A stretch of 45,507 nt of DNA from the UHGV virus genome UHGV-0108244. One strand, written 5' to 3'. Of this stretch, positions 1-8,813 are shown one piece after another. Position numbers and translations under genes: made by a program. This DNA is from a virus. The notes beneath the pieces were generated by a model, which did not search any database, was not told the origin of the DNA, and saw only the letters and a program-made list of their open reading frames with translations. The stretch's first letter is position 1; each line of letters opens with the position of its first letter.

Positions 1-487
1 TGCCATTTTTTTTTGCTATTAAATTTATTACTTTTGGTAGGTTTCCTGGTAGGTTGCGAGTCAATGGCACGCCTGATGCAATCTTGAGTGCAACGCTTAT
101 TTGCGAGTCAAGCATGGAGACACTAAGATGCCCAGGAAGGAGAAACAAATTATTATTCTGACACTGAAATAGTTTTGCAGTATCGTTATTCACAAGATCT
201 TCAACAGAGGAACCATTCATCAATGTGTCAACGATAGACTCCATTGTTAGGTTGTATCTACTACTATAAAAGTTGTCTAGGCTTTCACTCACTGTTGTGT
301 AACCTAGCACCATGCCAGTTAAGTTGCATTGTGAGTCTAAGTCAACCAGCATTACTTTTTTCCCTGTACTAGCTAGACCCCATCCAATATTAAAGGCTGT
401 GGTTGTTTTGCTTACACCGCCTTTATGATTAAAAAAACAAATTGACTTAGGCATGGGTAATTGATCCTGTGTATTTTCTTCAAACAT
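1..487 (-). CDS. ParA/MinD-family P-loop ATPase, N-terminal part. The gene continues in frame across the window junction into 45507..44888, for an assembled length of about 369 aa.
   Basis: Deviant Walker A FFNHKGGVSKTTTAF near the N-terminus. An AAGGGA SD lies 5 nt upstream of the ATG at 487. The reading frame is open to position 1 with a partial codon that is completed by 45506-45507 (Ile). Confidence 0.8.
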   Translation of the reverse strand, partial: MFEENTQDQLPMPKSICFFNHKGGVSKTTTAFNIGWGLASTGKKVMLVDLDSQCNLTGMVLGYTTVSESLDNFYSSRYNLTMESIVDTLMNGSSVEDLVNNDTAKLFQCQNNNLFLLPGHLSVSMLDSQISVALKIASGVPLTRNLPGNLPKVINLIAKKNG

Positions 488-816
488 AATAATCCCTTTA
501 TTTTATATGAAAACTATGTTAATAGCACTAAAAATTCAATCAGTAATACTGATTATCTTTTCTTCATGCATTTCTTCTGCGGCACCTAAGTGCCTCATCA
601 GGCTACTGGCTTGCTACCCATGCTTCCTGTACGTCTTCGGCATTACCAAAAACACATCGAACTACCGGTCTGACTTATTCAAAGTCATCCCGCTCATCCT
701 TCCGCTTGAAGAAAACTTTATCCAGCCTGAGCACTATCCCAACCAGTCCGATAATCAGCAAAGTAATGAGTATTGGGATAATCAGATCAGACATGCTTCC
801 TCTGCGTGCTAAAGCT

Positions 817-1506
817 TTACCCATGCTTCCTGTACGTCTGCGGCATGCTGCCGATCACCTTGCCGAACACAAACACCCGGTTCATCTCGTCTTTTTCGAT
901 CGGGTCCCAGGCTGCATAGCTCTTGTTATCTGAGATAACCAGCAGCTTGTCTTTCATCTTCTGCAGGCGCTTGACGTGAGCAGTGTCGTCGTACAGGAAC
1001 GCATATATCCCGTCACCGTCAAAGCTCTTAACGCTGATATCCACGAACAGCAGATCACCCGGCTCAATCGTCCCAGACATGCTGTCGCCCCGGACGTTGA
1101 TGATCCGGATGTTCTCAGCCTTGCGCCCATCGAACATGTGGCGCGCTTCCGCTGGCGCATATTCAACGGAGTGGAGAATCTCCACGAACTCCTGATTCAC
1201 AATGCCCGGGCCGGCACTGACGGCCAGATCCAAAATGTCGACCCTGAACACATCATGATTTATGTGTGAAGGCTTCTTGTCATCTTCACCATCAGCCCTC
1301 ATGGCGCCAGTTCCCGAAGAAAGCCACTCAGGTCTCACCCTTAAAGCCTTGGCTATATCGAGCAATTTTGTGGTCTGAGCAGCCCTTCCAGTTTCAATCT
1401 TCTGGATCGCAGCCTGACTAACTCCAACAGCATCTCCCAGAGTCTTCTGGGTCATGCTGGCAGCCTTTCTGGCTTCTCTTAATCGTTCTGCAAGTGTCGT
1501 TTTCAT
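817..1506 (-). CDS. cI: CI-like phage repressor (N-terminal XRE HTH, C-terminal S24 LexA-type autopeptidase).
   Basis: HTH QKTLGDAVGVSQAAIQKIE at the N-terminus. C-terminal GDSM serine motif and a downstream VKRLQK lysine. Divergent from cro. Confidence 0.9.
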   Translation of the reverse strand: MKTTLAERLREARKAASMTQKTLGDAVGVSQAAIQKIETGRAAQTTKLLDIAKALRVRPEWLSSGTGAMRADGEDDKKPSHINHDVFRVDILDLAVSAGPGIVNQEFVEILHSVEYAPAEARHMFDGRKAENIRIINVRGDSMSGTIEPGDLLFVDISVKSFDGDGIYAFLYDDTAHVKRLQKMKDKLLVISDNKSYAAWDPIEKDEMNRVFVFGKVIGSMPQTYRKHG

Positions 1507-1516
1507 CTTCTCAATT

Positions 1517-1583
1517 TACAACCATGGTTTTATAGCGGCAAACGAAAATGGTTGTTGACTAAATACAACTAAGGTTTTATTCT
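1517..1583. promoter_or_regulatory. O_R/P_R region with three related operator-like sites, ACAACCATGGTTTT (1517-1530), AAAATGGTTGTTGA (1545-1558, inverted) and ACAACTAAGGTTTT (1566-1579), plus a P_R candidate (-35 TTGACT 1555-1560, 17 nt spacer, -10 TATTCT 1578-1583).
   Basis: Repeats read directly in the cI-cro intergenic region. AACCATGGTT is a perfect palindrome. Confidence 0.55.
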
Positions 1584-1610
1584 TTGTTTGTATTTACTAC
1601 GGAGGTTGTC

Positions 1611-1844
1611 ATGAACCCAACCATTAAAACCGCAATTAATATTGTCGGCTCTCAGAAAAAGCTTGGTGAAGCCTGCGATGTTTCTCAGCAGGCGGTTTAC
1701 AAGTGGCTCCACAACAAGGCAAAGGTTTCGCCTGAACATGTAAACAGCATCGTAAATGCAACTAATGGGGAGGTTCAGGCGCATCAAATTAGACCAGACC
1801 TTCCAAAACTATTCCCTTCTCCGAAGGGCGTTCCGGCCGCCTAA
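1611..1844 (+). CDS. cro: Cro-like HTH regulator
   Basis: GGAGG SD upstream of the ATG at 1611. HTH LGEACDVSQQAVYKW. Divergent from cI. Confidence 0.75.
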   Translation: MNPTIKTAINIVGSQKKLGEACDVSQQAVYKWLHNKAKVSPEHVNSIVNATNGEVQAHQIRPDLPKLFPSPKGVPAA

Positions 1845-1883
1845 CCAGCGGCCTCCCAATCAACACCAGAGGAAGTATCACAG

Positions 1884-2105
1884 ATGGAGAGTTCAACGAC
1901 ACGCAACAAAGTGGAGGCTCGCAGGATAGAAAGCTGGTTACACAGCCAGATAGCTGAACTGGGGACCACAACTATAGCCAAAGTGGCCGGAGTGAATAAG
2001 TCGACGGTGAGTCGCTGGCGGGAAAACCTGCTGCCGAACATGTCGCTGCTGCTGGCCATCCTGATTTCTAACAGACCGGGAGAGAAAGGTGACTTTGAAG
2101 CATAA
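1884..2105 (+). CDS. cII: CII-like transcriptional activator
   Basis: RIESWLHSQIAELGTTTIAKVAGVNKSTVSRW...MSLLLAIL aligns with lambda CII (RIESALLNKIAMLGTEKTAEAVGVDKSQISRW...FSMLLAVL). Confidence 0.85.
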   Translation: MESSTTRNKVEARRIESWLHSQIAELGTTTIAKVAGVNKSTVSRWRENLLPNMSLLLAILISNRPGEKGDFEA

Positions 2106-2232
2106 GTGGGAACAGAAAGGCGAAAGCCGCAGTGCGCTAACACTAACGGCTTTCAGGTGCAAAAACGAAGAGGTAATTGCGAGGTAATTATGCCTGGTAA
2201 ATCTGTAAGAGTAAACAATCCGGAGGTAGCAC

Positions 2233-2967
2233 GTGAGCATGTCACTTATGGCGAAAGCAATGGGGGTCAAAGTGGGAAACTCACTGCGTAAGCTCGTTCT
2301 TATCAAGCTGGCCGACAATGCCAACGACAAGGGCGAATGCTGGCCTTCGTATCAACACATTGCCGATCAGTGCGAATGCAGCAAATCCGCTGTTCGCAAC
2401 CATATTGATGCGCTTGAGGATATGGGGCTACTCAAGCGTGAAAATCGCGTTGGGGTTAACAACGGGAAAGGTAATACATCCAACGTATATTATCTGAACC
2501 TTGATGCTACCCCTATGCCATCAAAAAGCACAGGGGTATGCCATGAAATAGCACCCCCTATGCCATCTGATGGCACACCCCCTATGCCACCAGATGGCAC
2601 CAGAACCAGTCACTCTTTTGAACCAGTCACTGAACCAGACTCTCTCTCTGCGCGAGGGCAGTTTATCAGCGAGGCTGCAAAGCGACGGATCGGGATTTCA
2701 CCCAACGAGGAAATACCTTTCCCTCCTGCCTTCAAGCCATCGGCAGATCACATTGCGATTGCCTCGGAGAAAGGGATCAACATTGAAACCGAGTTGCTGA
2801 ACTTTCGTGATTATCACCAGGCCCGCGGCACAAAGCTGATCGACTGGAACTCGGCATTCCGGGTATGGCTCAGGAACGCGAGAGTTAATCCGCTTTCCGG
2901 GCGCCAGAGAAGCGAACCTGATTCCCCACACTGGAACAGCCCTGAAGGCTGGAAGGACTTCATATGA
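2233..2967 (+). CDS. Replication initiator, lambda O-like (N-terminal winged helix)
   Basis: GTG start with GGAGG SD. Sits immediately upstream of a P-like gene. A proline-rich repeat segment coincides with DNA iterons. Confidence 0.65.
   Translation: MSMSLMAKAMGVKVGNSLRKLVLIKLADNANDKGECWPSYQHIADQCECSKSAVRNHIDALEDMGLLKRENRVGVNNGKGNTSNVYYLNLDATPMPSKSTGVCHEIAPPMPSDGTPPMPPDGTRTSHSFEPVTEPDSLSARGQFISEAAKRRIGISPNEEIPFPPAFKPSADHIAIASEKGINIETELLNFRDYHQARGTKLIDWNSAFRVWLRNARVNPLSGRQRSEPDSPHWNSPEGWKDFI
2507..2600. repeat. ori-like iterons inside the O-like gene (CCCCTATGCCATC repeated three times, with GATGGCA/TGCCATC inverted elements).
   Basis: Direct repeats at about 2509, 2555 and 2580. Analogous to the lambda ori within gene O. 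Confidence 0.55.
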
Positions 2968-3740
2968 CCGCTCAGCTTATGACCGCGATCAGCAATCGCG
3001 ATGGTGATGCGCTGGCCAGAATGGCCGCAGGTAGCACGGAGCCGCAGAGGCTTCTCGATTTCGAAGCTGAAAGGCTGGTTGACTCCCTGTTCCGTCAGCT
3101 GAAGCAGATCTTCCCGGCGTCAACGCAAACCAATCTGCGCACCGACGCCGAAGAGAAGACAGCGAAGCGCCAATGGATTGCAGCTTTTGCCGAAAACGGG
3201 ATCCGCACCCGCGAGCAGTTATCCGCCGGAGTGCGACATGCGAGAGCCAGCGAATCGCCGTTCTGGCCATCGCCGGGCCAGTTCATCAAGTGGTGCAAGG
3301 ACAGCGGCACCGTGCTGGGAGTGACTCTTGTCGACGTGATGAACGAGTTCCACCGCTACAGCCGTGAAAAAGGGCTGCATACCGGCGGCGCTGAGCGCTT
3401 CCCGTGGTCTCACCCTGTCATGTACTGGGTGGTTACCGATACCCGGCGAGCAATGTACCAGCGCCAGCTCAGCGAGGCAGAAACCGAGAAATATGCCGCT
3501 AAAAAGCTGGAAGACTGGGCGCTGAAAGTCGCCGCCGGAGAACAAATACCGTCGCCGGTACTGGCTCTGGAGAACAACCAGGAAGCCATTCCGACAAACC
3601 ATGTCAGCCGGCAGCAGGGGTTTCACCCTGAAGGCAAAAGCTTCGGATGTATGCCAAGCGCGGCATCGCTCGGTGCGTTAACTCCGGCTCAGTGGCTGCG
3701 GGATGAATACCTGCGCGGGAAAGAGAGAGGGCTTATCTGA
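2964..3740 (+). CDS. Replication protein P-like helicase loader
   Basis: FPAS...RQWIAAFAENGIRTREQLSAGVRHAR...PFWPSPGQFIKWC matches lambda P (FPAS...RQWVLAFRENGITTMEQVNAGMRVAR...PFLPSPGQFVAWC). Confidence 0.85.
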   Translation: MTAQLMTAISNRDGDALARMAAGSTEPQRLLDFEAERLVDSLFRQLKQIFPASTQTNLRTDAEEKTAKRQWIAAFAENGIRTREQLSAGVRHARASESPFWPSPGQFIKWCKDSGTVLGVTLVDVMNEFHRYSREKGLHTGGAERFPWSHPVMYWVVTDTRRAMYQRQLSEAETEKYAAKKLEDWALKVAAGEQIPSPVLALENNQEAIPTNHVSRQQGFHPEGKSFGCMPSAASLGALTPAQWLRDEYLRGKERGLI

Positions 3741-4042
3741 TGAAAAAGAACTCGGGCAAACAAGCTGTTATTAACTTCATCGGCCAGCATCCTGGCTGCA
3801 GCTTTCAGGATATCCGCCGCGGTACCGGTCTTGACTCTTCAGTGGTCAACTCCTCCCTGTGGCAGATGCACCGTGACGGCCAGGTTAAGCGAGAAGGTGA
3901 GTGCAGGAGCTACCGCTACACCCTGATCGACACAACAGCCGTAACCGAAAGCGATCCGTCTGTTCAGTATCACCAGCGTCCTGGCGGCGTAAACCCAATG
4001 ACCAACCTGTTTAACCAGTGCCTGGCGGGAGTGAGGAAATGA
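3740..4042 (+). CDS. Hypothetical protein (possible winged-helix DNA binding)
   Basis: ORF with start overlapping the stop of P (ATGA). Confidence 0.4.
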   Translation: MKKNSGKQAVINFIGQHPGCSFQDIRRGTGLDSSVVNSSLWQMHRDGQVKREGECRSYRYTLIDTTAVTESDPSVQYHQRPGGVNPMTNLFNQCLAGVRK

Positions 4043-4263
4043 AATTTATCAAATTAAGCCAAAGGGGAACGGTAGAGCGCCAGGGCAAATATGGCTGGGA
4101 GCCTGAAACAGTCTACGAGCCTGTGTTTGTTGCCGCAGAGCATATTGTCAGCATGTATTTCGCTGGTCTGACAATCCTGAAAATGACCTCCGGAGAGCGC
4201 ATTGACGTAAAAGAGACCCCGGAAGAAATCATCGCCATGCTTACCGAAGGAGCCGCCAAATGA
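4039..4263 (+). CDS. Hypothetical protein
   Basis: ORF; the ATG at 4039 follows GGGAGTGAGG. Confidence 0.4.
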   Translation: MKFIKLSQRGTVERQGKYGWEPETVYEPVFVAAEHIVSMYFAGLTILKMTSGERIDVKETPEEIIAMLTEGAAK

Positions 4264-4673
4264 CTATCACACTACAGGCAGTAAACGAGCTCATCGCCTT
4301 CCTGGAGAGCGCAGGCGAGCTGTCAATCAGAGAGCAGAAGTTCCTGAAGCTGGCGAAAGCGTACCAGCAGCTGGCGGCGGAGAATGTGCAAATCAAAGCT
4401 ATGAACGATTGCTTGTCTGAGGAATTGCGTGGTTATGAGTCTGATGGCGCTTTTGAGGGGCCGAAGATGCATCTGCTGTGGTGGCAGGTCGAACCCCCCG
4501 CCACCGATCGCATCGTAGCCGGGATTAAGGCTGATGGGGTGGAGGATATGGCTAACCATTTTTTCAAATTAGCCAAAGATGAGGCGAATAGTTTGATTGC
4601 CGAGCAATGGCGCGAATCAGGTCGAGTTGCTAATGAGCAGGCCAAGCAGCTGCGCGATGGGGCCGACAAATGA
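4260..4673 (+). CDS. Hypothetical nin-region protein (Ead/Ea22-like)
   Basis: ORF, translationally coupled to its neighbours. Confidence 0.4.
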   Translation: MTITLQAVNELIAFLESAGELSIREQKFLKLAKAYQQLAAENVQIKAMNDCLSEELRGYESDGAFEGPKMHLLWWQVEPPATDRIVAGIKADGVEDMANHFFKLAKDEANSLIAEQWRESGRVANEQAKQLRDGADK

Positions 4674-4909
4674 GCATTCGAGCTAAGTACGGATTCGGAC
4701 CTGTGACTGTAGAGGTTAATTGGCTAGATAAGTGCCCTAATTGCAACAACAGAACAGTTAGGGTCACCGGTTGGTCTACCACTCCAGAAGCTCTATGGGC
4801 TGGCGATAAAGCTGAGTGCTCAAAATGCGGGCATAAAGGCGAGATTGGTGCCAATGGTGACAATGCTTGGGTGGAGTGGGATAGCGTAAAGGAGGCCAGC
4901 CATGACTGA
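4670..4909 (+). CDS. Hypothetical zinc-ribbon protein (CPNC...CSKC)
   Basis: Two CxxC pairs. Confidence 0.4.
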   Translation: MSIRAKYGFGPVTVEVNWLDKCPNCNNRTVRVTGWSTTPEALWAGDKAECSKCGHKGEIGANGDNAWVEWDSVKEASHD

Positions 4910-5390
4910 TATCACCGAACTGGCGCAGAGAGAGAAATTTGAAGCCTGGGCTCGTAGCCAGAAACTTGGCCTTTCTTATGGAGATTGTGGCTACGTTTTT
5001 TCCTCAACAGAAATGGCCTGGCGTGCATGGATGACATCATCCGCTGAGCTGGCAGAGGCGCTGGAGAAGGCGCAGCAGAGGATTGATGACCTGGAGAACG
5101 ATGAAGTTCGTCAGCGCTTGGCTAACGCAGAGCACCAACTCTACATGGCTAAACTGGCTAAAAATAATCTGAGAGCCAGTCGTAAGGCGCAGTTCCGCAA
5201 GCGCAAGGCGGCTGAGCAACGAATCGCCGAGCTGGAGTCCCGCACCGTGAAGCTGCCACAACGACTTCAACCCGGTGCTGATGGTTATGACGACTGGTAC
5301 GTTCACAGTGACGATGATGGGGAATATCTCAAGTTTGATGATGTGCTGGCAATGCTAACCGCCGCTGGCATCAAGGTGGAGGCTGAGTGA
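4902..5390 (+). CDS. Hypothetical coiled-coil protein
   Basis: ORF. Confidence 0.4.
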   Translation: MTDITELAQREKFEAWARSQKLGLSYGDCGYVFSSTEMAWRAWMTSSAELAEALEKAQQRIDDLENDEVRQRLANAEHQLYMAKLAKNNLRASRKAQFRKRKAAEQRIAELESRTVKLPQRLQPGADGYDDWYVHSDDDGEYLKFDDVLAMLTAAGIKVEAE

Positions 5391-5614
5391 TGAAAGTAGG
5401 ACAGAGGCAAAAACTGTTTCTTAAGGCTATCGCTCAGCAGGGAAACAGTGACTTTGTATTCTCGGGCGGGGTCACTGACCAACGTGTAAGAGAGGGATTA
5501 GAGAAGAAGGGGCTACTTAAAGTTGTGCGTCAATCTCCCGGCTATTACCCAATCTACGAACTGACCGAGGCTGGAAAAGTGTACTGCAAATTACACGGGT
5601 GGGAGGCTGAGTGA
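5387..5614 (+). CDS. Hypothetical protein
   Basis: ORF preceded by the GGAGGCTGAGTGATG coupling junction. Confidence 0.4.
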   Translation: MMKVGQRQKLFLKAIAQQGNSDFVFSGGVTDQRVREGLEKKGLLKVVRQSPGYYPIYELTEAGKVYCKLHGWEAE

Positions 5615-5742
5615 TGTTTAGTTCACATGGGTATGGAGCGGCGATTGTTATTTTTGCAATATTCTGCGCGGTGGTTGGCTGGGGAGTAATTGAGTTCATC
5701 CTCTGGCTGTTCTCATTCGTTCACATTTCATTCGGAGGCTGA
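5614..5742 (+). CDS. Small hydrophobic protein, 42 aa (MFSSHGYGAAIVIFAIFCAVVGWGVIEFILWLFSFVHISFGG)
   Basis: Not in the ORF track (<60 aa). Flanked on both sides by the GGAGGCTGAGTGATG junction. Confidence 0.35.
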   Translation: MFSSHGYGAAIVIFAIFCAVVGWGVIEFILWLFSFVHISFGG

Positions 5743-6126
5743 GTGATGGCACTGACCAAAAAACAGCGCGCAGAGCTGCGCATGAAGTTTGGCGGCCGCT
5801 GCGCTTACTGCGGCTGTGAGCTTGGCGATAAATGGCACGCTGACCACGTCGAAGCAGTACGAAGGAATATCAGTAACGGCTACGCAATGGACAGACCAGA
5901 AAACGACACGGTCAGCAACATGGTTCCGGCATGCATCCCCTGCAACCTGTTCAAAATGTGCAGCACGGTTGAGGATTTTCGCAATCGCATTGCAACGCAG
6001 GTTGATGTGACTCGCCGGGCATCGAGAAGCTACCGCACAGCTGAATCATTCGGCCTGGTTCAACCAACTAACGCGCCGGTAGTGTTCTGGTTCGAAAAGT
6101 ATCAGGCAGAAGGAGCCAACCAATGA
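5743..6126 (+). CDS. HNH endonuclease
   Basis: CAYCGC...HADH...CIPCN motif arrangement. Confidence 0.7.
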   Translation: MMALTKKQRAELRMKFGGRCAYCGCELGDKWHADHVEAVRRNISNGYAMDRPENDTVSNMVPACIPCNLFKMCSTVEDFRNRIATQVDVTRRASRSYRTAESFGLVQPTNAPVVFWFEKYQAEGANQ

Positions 6127-6797
6127 CCAAATCAACCATAACTAGGGAGCGCCTGGAAGAAATCAGGGATTGTTGTTGGATGGATGACCTCGGACTGAGT
6201 ATGTACGAGCTTTCTGAACTGGCCAGCATGGCGCTGGCCGCAATGGACAGCGAGTCTTGGTGTTTGCCTCTCGACTACTTACAGGGACACAAAGACGGTC
6301 TGGGATGGGCCGCCCAACTGGCAGAAGCCAATCACCCTGACACCGGAGACTGGCTTTACGATGACCCTATCGAGCTGGCAAAAGCCATTCGCAAAGGTCC
6401 AGATATGCTGCCAGTGCAGCCGGTAGCGGACAGCGAGCCAGTAGGATACCTTTTCCATAACGAATACGGTGCGGTTTTATACTCAATTTCCGATGATGCT
6501 ACCGAGGGATTCTCGCTAATTGGGCCAATATACTCCGTACCGCAGCCAGCGCCGGTAGTGCCTGGTAAATGGATTCCGGTAAGCGAGCAGATGCCGGAAG
6601 TTGGCGACATCGTGCTTACCGCAATGGGAGGGGTAGTTAACGTTGGCGAAACGGAGTGCTCTGCTGCAAATTGTCGTTTCTTCACGTCAGTTATTTCCGG
6701 TAGAGAGTTACCGGCGACTCACTGGATGCCGCTGCCAGCAGCTCCGCAGGAGTCAAGCCTCGCCTGCATATCAAAGCGCAGCCAGCATCTAAGTTAA
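6123..6797 (+). CDS. DUF551-like nin-region protein
   Basis: C-terminal WIPVSEQMPE...HWMPLPAAP signature. Confidence 0.55.
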   Translation: MTKSTITRERLEEIRDCCWMDDLGLSMYELSELASMALAAMDSESWCLPLDYLQGHKDGLGWAAQLAEANHPDTGDWLYDDPIELAKAIRKGPDMLPVQPVADSEPVGYLFHNEYGAVLYSISDDATEGFSLIGPIYSVPQPAPVVPGKWIPVSEQMPEVGDIVLTAMGGVVNVGETECSAANCRFFTSVISGRELPATHWMPLPAAPQESSLACISKRSQHLS

Positions 6798-6906
6798 AAC
6801 ATGATCTCACTTGAGTATTTTTATTTTTAGCCACGCTATTATAGGGTGTTTTCTAAAGTAGGGAACACCCTAAATTTTTATATAAATCAAAGGAATAAGC
6901 ATAATC

Positions 6907-7833
6907 ATGCCACAGCAGAGATCGACCTATTTGAGGACAATTCCTCTCGATTTAGAGGTTAAACAAGAAGCGGTAATAAATGGTATTGAGATGGGGGTTC
7001 TTGATAACGGGATTCCATACCTCACACAAAGTGGGCTTGCAAACGTCTGTGGTGTTCAGCGATTAAGGATTAAGGAAATTACTGACGAATGGGCACAGTC
7101 AGTCGAACATGGAATCTTCCGGAAAGGAAGGATGACATTTATTGGTACATACCTTCTGAATGAAGGGTTTACTGATGAAAAATTGTATATCCCGGTCATT
7201 CGCAATGGTGTTGAGTATCATGCTTATCCAGATATCGTCTGCATGGCAATTTTGGAATATTATGCATTCGAGGCTAAGCAGGCTGAAAGTGAAACTGCTA
7301 TCAGATCATACCGTGAACTGGCAAAAAAAGGCCTTAAAGCTTTCATCTATGAAGCTCTAAAATATCAGCCTGAAGACCCATGGCGGCATTATCACGACAG
7401 GGTTTCTCTGCTCAAAGATAAGGGCTCAATCCCTGACGGCTACTTTATCATCTTCAACGAAATTGCAGGTATGATGGTTGATCTTATCAACGCTGGCTTG
7501 GCTATAAACCAGCACACTGTCCCTGATGGAAGTGTCGGAAGTTGCTGGGCTCGCCATTGGAACAGCCAAGAGTTGAGCCGCGAATTTGGTGAACGGGTGG
7601 ATTGTGAGCATTATTACCCCGAAGATTTCCTTCAAGCTCGGTCTAATCCGCAAATAATCAATGCTTATCCTGACGGGGCCCTATCTGAATTTCGTCGATG
7701 GTTCAAACATCAGTATCTTACAACTAAATTCCCTCCGTATATTCTTAAAAAGTCAAATGTACTTCCTGGGGGGAGAGAAGACGCCACTCGCTTGATCGAG
7801 GCATTTAAACAGGCAGGTATCGAAGGTAAATAA
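6907..7833 (+). CDS. Moron: 308 aa protein with a probable N-terminal Bro-N/KilA-N-like domain (antirepressor-like) and a C-terminus of unknown function.
   Basis: Lies in an AT-rich island with an upstream 8-bp inverted repeat (AGGGTGTT...AACACCCT) and a downstream hairpin. The N-terminus IEMGVLDNGIPYLTQSGLANVCGV resembles the Bro-N pattern. Confidence 0.5.
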   Translation: MPQQRSTYLRTIPLDLEVKQEAVINGIEMGVLDNGIPYLTQSGLANVCGVQRLRIKEITDEWAQSVEHGIFRKGRMTFIGTYLLNEGFTDEKLYIPVIRNGVEYHAYPDIVCMAILEYYAFEAKQAESETAIRSYRELAKKGLKAFIYEALKYQPEDPWRHYHDRVSLLKDKGSIPDGYFIIFNEIAGMMVDLINAGLAINQHTVPDGSVGSCWARHWNSQELSREFGERVDCEHYYPEDFLQARSNPQIINAYPDGALSEFRRWFKHQYLTTKFPPYILKKSNVLPGGREDATRLIEAFKQAGIEGK

Positions 7834-7884
7834 TACCTGACAGGTACGCAAATCCGCGCAGTAAGCCAATCCGTGATATAAAAT

Positions 7885-7903
7885 CCCCTCTACAGCAGAG
7901 GGG
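7885..7903 (+). terminator. Hairpin CCCCTCT-ACAGC-AGAGGGG after the moron gene. Its 3' arm also serves as the SD for the next gene.
   Basis: Read directly from the sequence. The trailing T-run is weak. Confidence 0.4.
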
Positions 7904-7909
7904 GTTTCT

Positions 7910-8167
7910 ATGTCTGATTTCAACATCGCATCAAAGTCAAAAGACGAGCAGGACAAGGTCAATGTCGACCTGGCAGCCTCCGGCGTCGCCTACAAAGAGC
8001 GCCTGAACATGCCGGTTGTCGCCGAAGTGGTCGCCAGAGAGCAGCCAGAGCACCTGAGAAACTACTTCATGGAGCGCGTCAGCCACTACCGAGAGCAGAG
8101 TATCCAGCTCCCGCGCGCCTCCGATCCGCGCTACATTGAGATGGCCAGTCAGAACGAGAAAAAATAG
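7910..8167 (+). CDS. Hypothetical protein
   Basis: ORF. Confidence 0.4.
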   Translation: MSDFNIASKSKDEQDKVNVDLAASGVAYKERLNMPVVAEVVAREQPEHLRNYFMERVSHYREQSIQLPRASDPRYIEMASQNEKK

Positions 8168-8357
8168 CCTATGCTCGTTTTGCAATTCGGGATTTAGCCC
8201 GTCATAATTACTTCGTCAGTCTGGACAACTGACAACTTTACCCCGGCGCCAAGTGGGGACACATGGCGCACAAAACCTTACAGCAATTCCTGTCACCGAT
8301 GGCGAAAACCACCGGCGATTTTCTGCATTCAGCGTTTAGCCTCTGCGGAGGTGAAGC

Positions 8358-8813
8358 GTGAACATCCCTCAATGCGGCATCAAACTGCACAGCGGCAACT
8401 TCAGCGCTATAGGCAAGATTCTTCAGGAGCATCTCTCTGACGGGAAATGCCTGCGCCTGCAGGTCAAAGAGTGGCGTGAAAAACGCAGCCTGAGCCAGAA
8501 CGCACTCAGTCACATGTGGTACGCGGAAATCAGCGAATATCTGATTAACTCCGGACGTACCGACGCAACTCCTGAGTGGGTTAAGCGCAATCTCAAAAAG
8601 ACCTATCTCGGCTGCGAAGAGGTGACCTACACGGACTTCATCACCGGTGAGAAAACCACAACCTGGGAACCCCGGCATACCTCCGATCTTGATACCGGCG
8701 AAATGCACATCTTCCTGACCAAAGTTGAGGCCTGGTGCGCTCAGTTTGGTCTGGCTCTGACTATCCCTTTCGATTGCCAATACCAGAAATTGAAGGAGTC
8801 TCAGGATGCCTAA
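8358..8813 (+). CDS. ninB: NinB-like recombination protein
   Basis: REKRSLSQNALSHMWYAEIS matches the lambda NinB motif RNRSLDQNRKLWA. Confidence 0.65.
   Translation: MNIPQCGIKLHSGNFSAIGKILQEHLSDGKCLRLQVKEWREKRSLSQNALSHMWYAEISEYLINSGRTDATPEWVKRNLKKTYLGCEEVTYTDFITGEKTTTWEPRHTSDLDTGEMHIFLTKVEAWCAQFGLALTIPFDCQYQKLKESQDA

Noticed and set aside
507-933. Plus-strand ORFs 507..812 and 706..933 between the ParA-like gene and cI
   Set aside because: Low-complexity; overlap the cI 3' end. No SD and no plausible function. Probably non-coding spacer.
1834-1852. GGCCGC-CTAACCA-GCGGCC hairpin between cro and cII as tR1
   Set aside because: The hairpin is real, but there is no T-run and no N homologue was found. 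Its role as a terminator cannot be supported from sequence alone.
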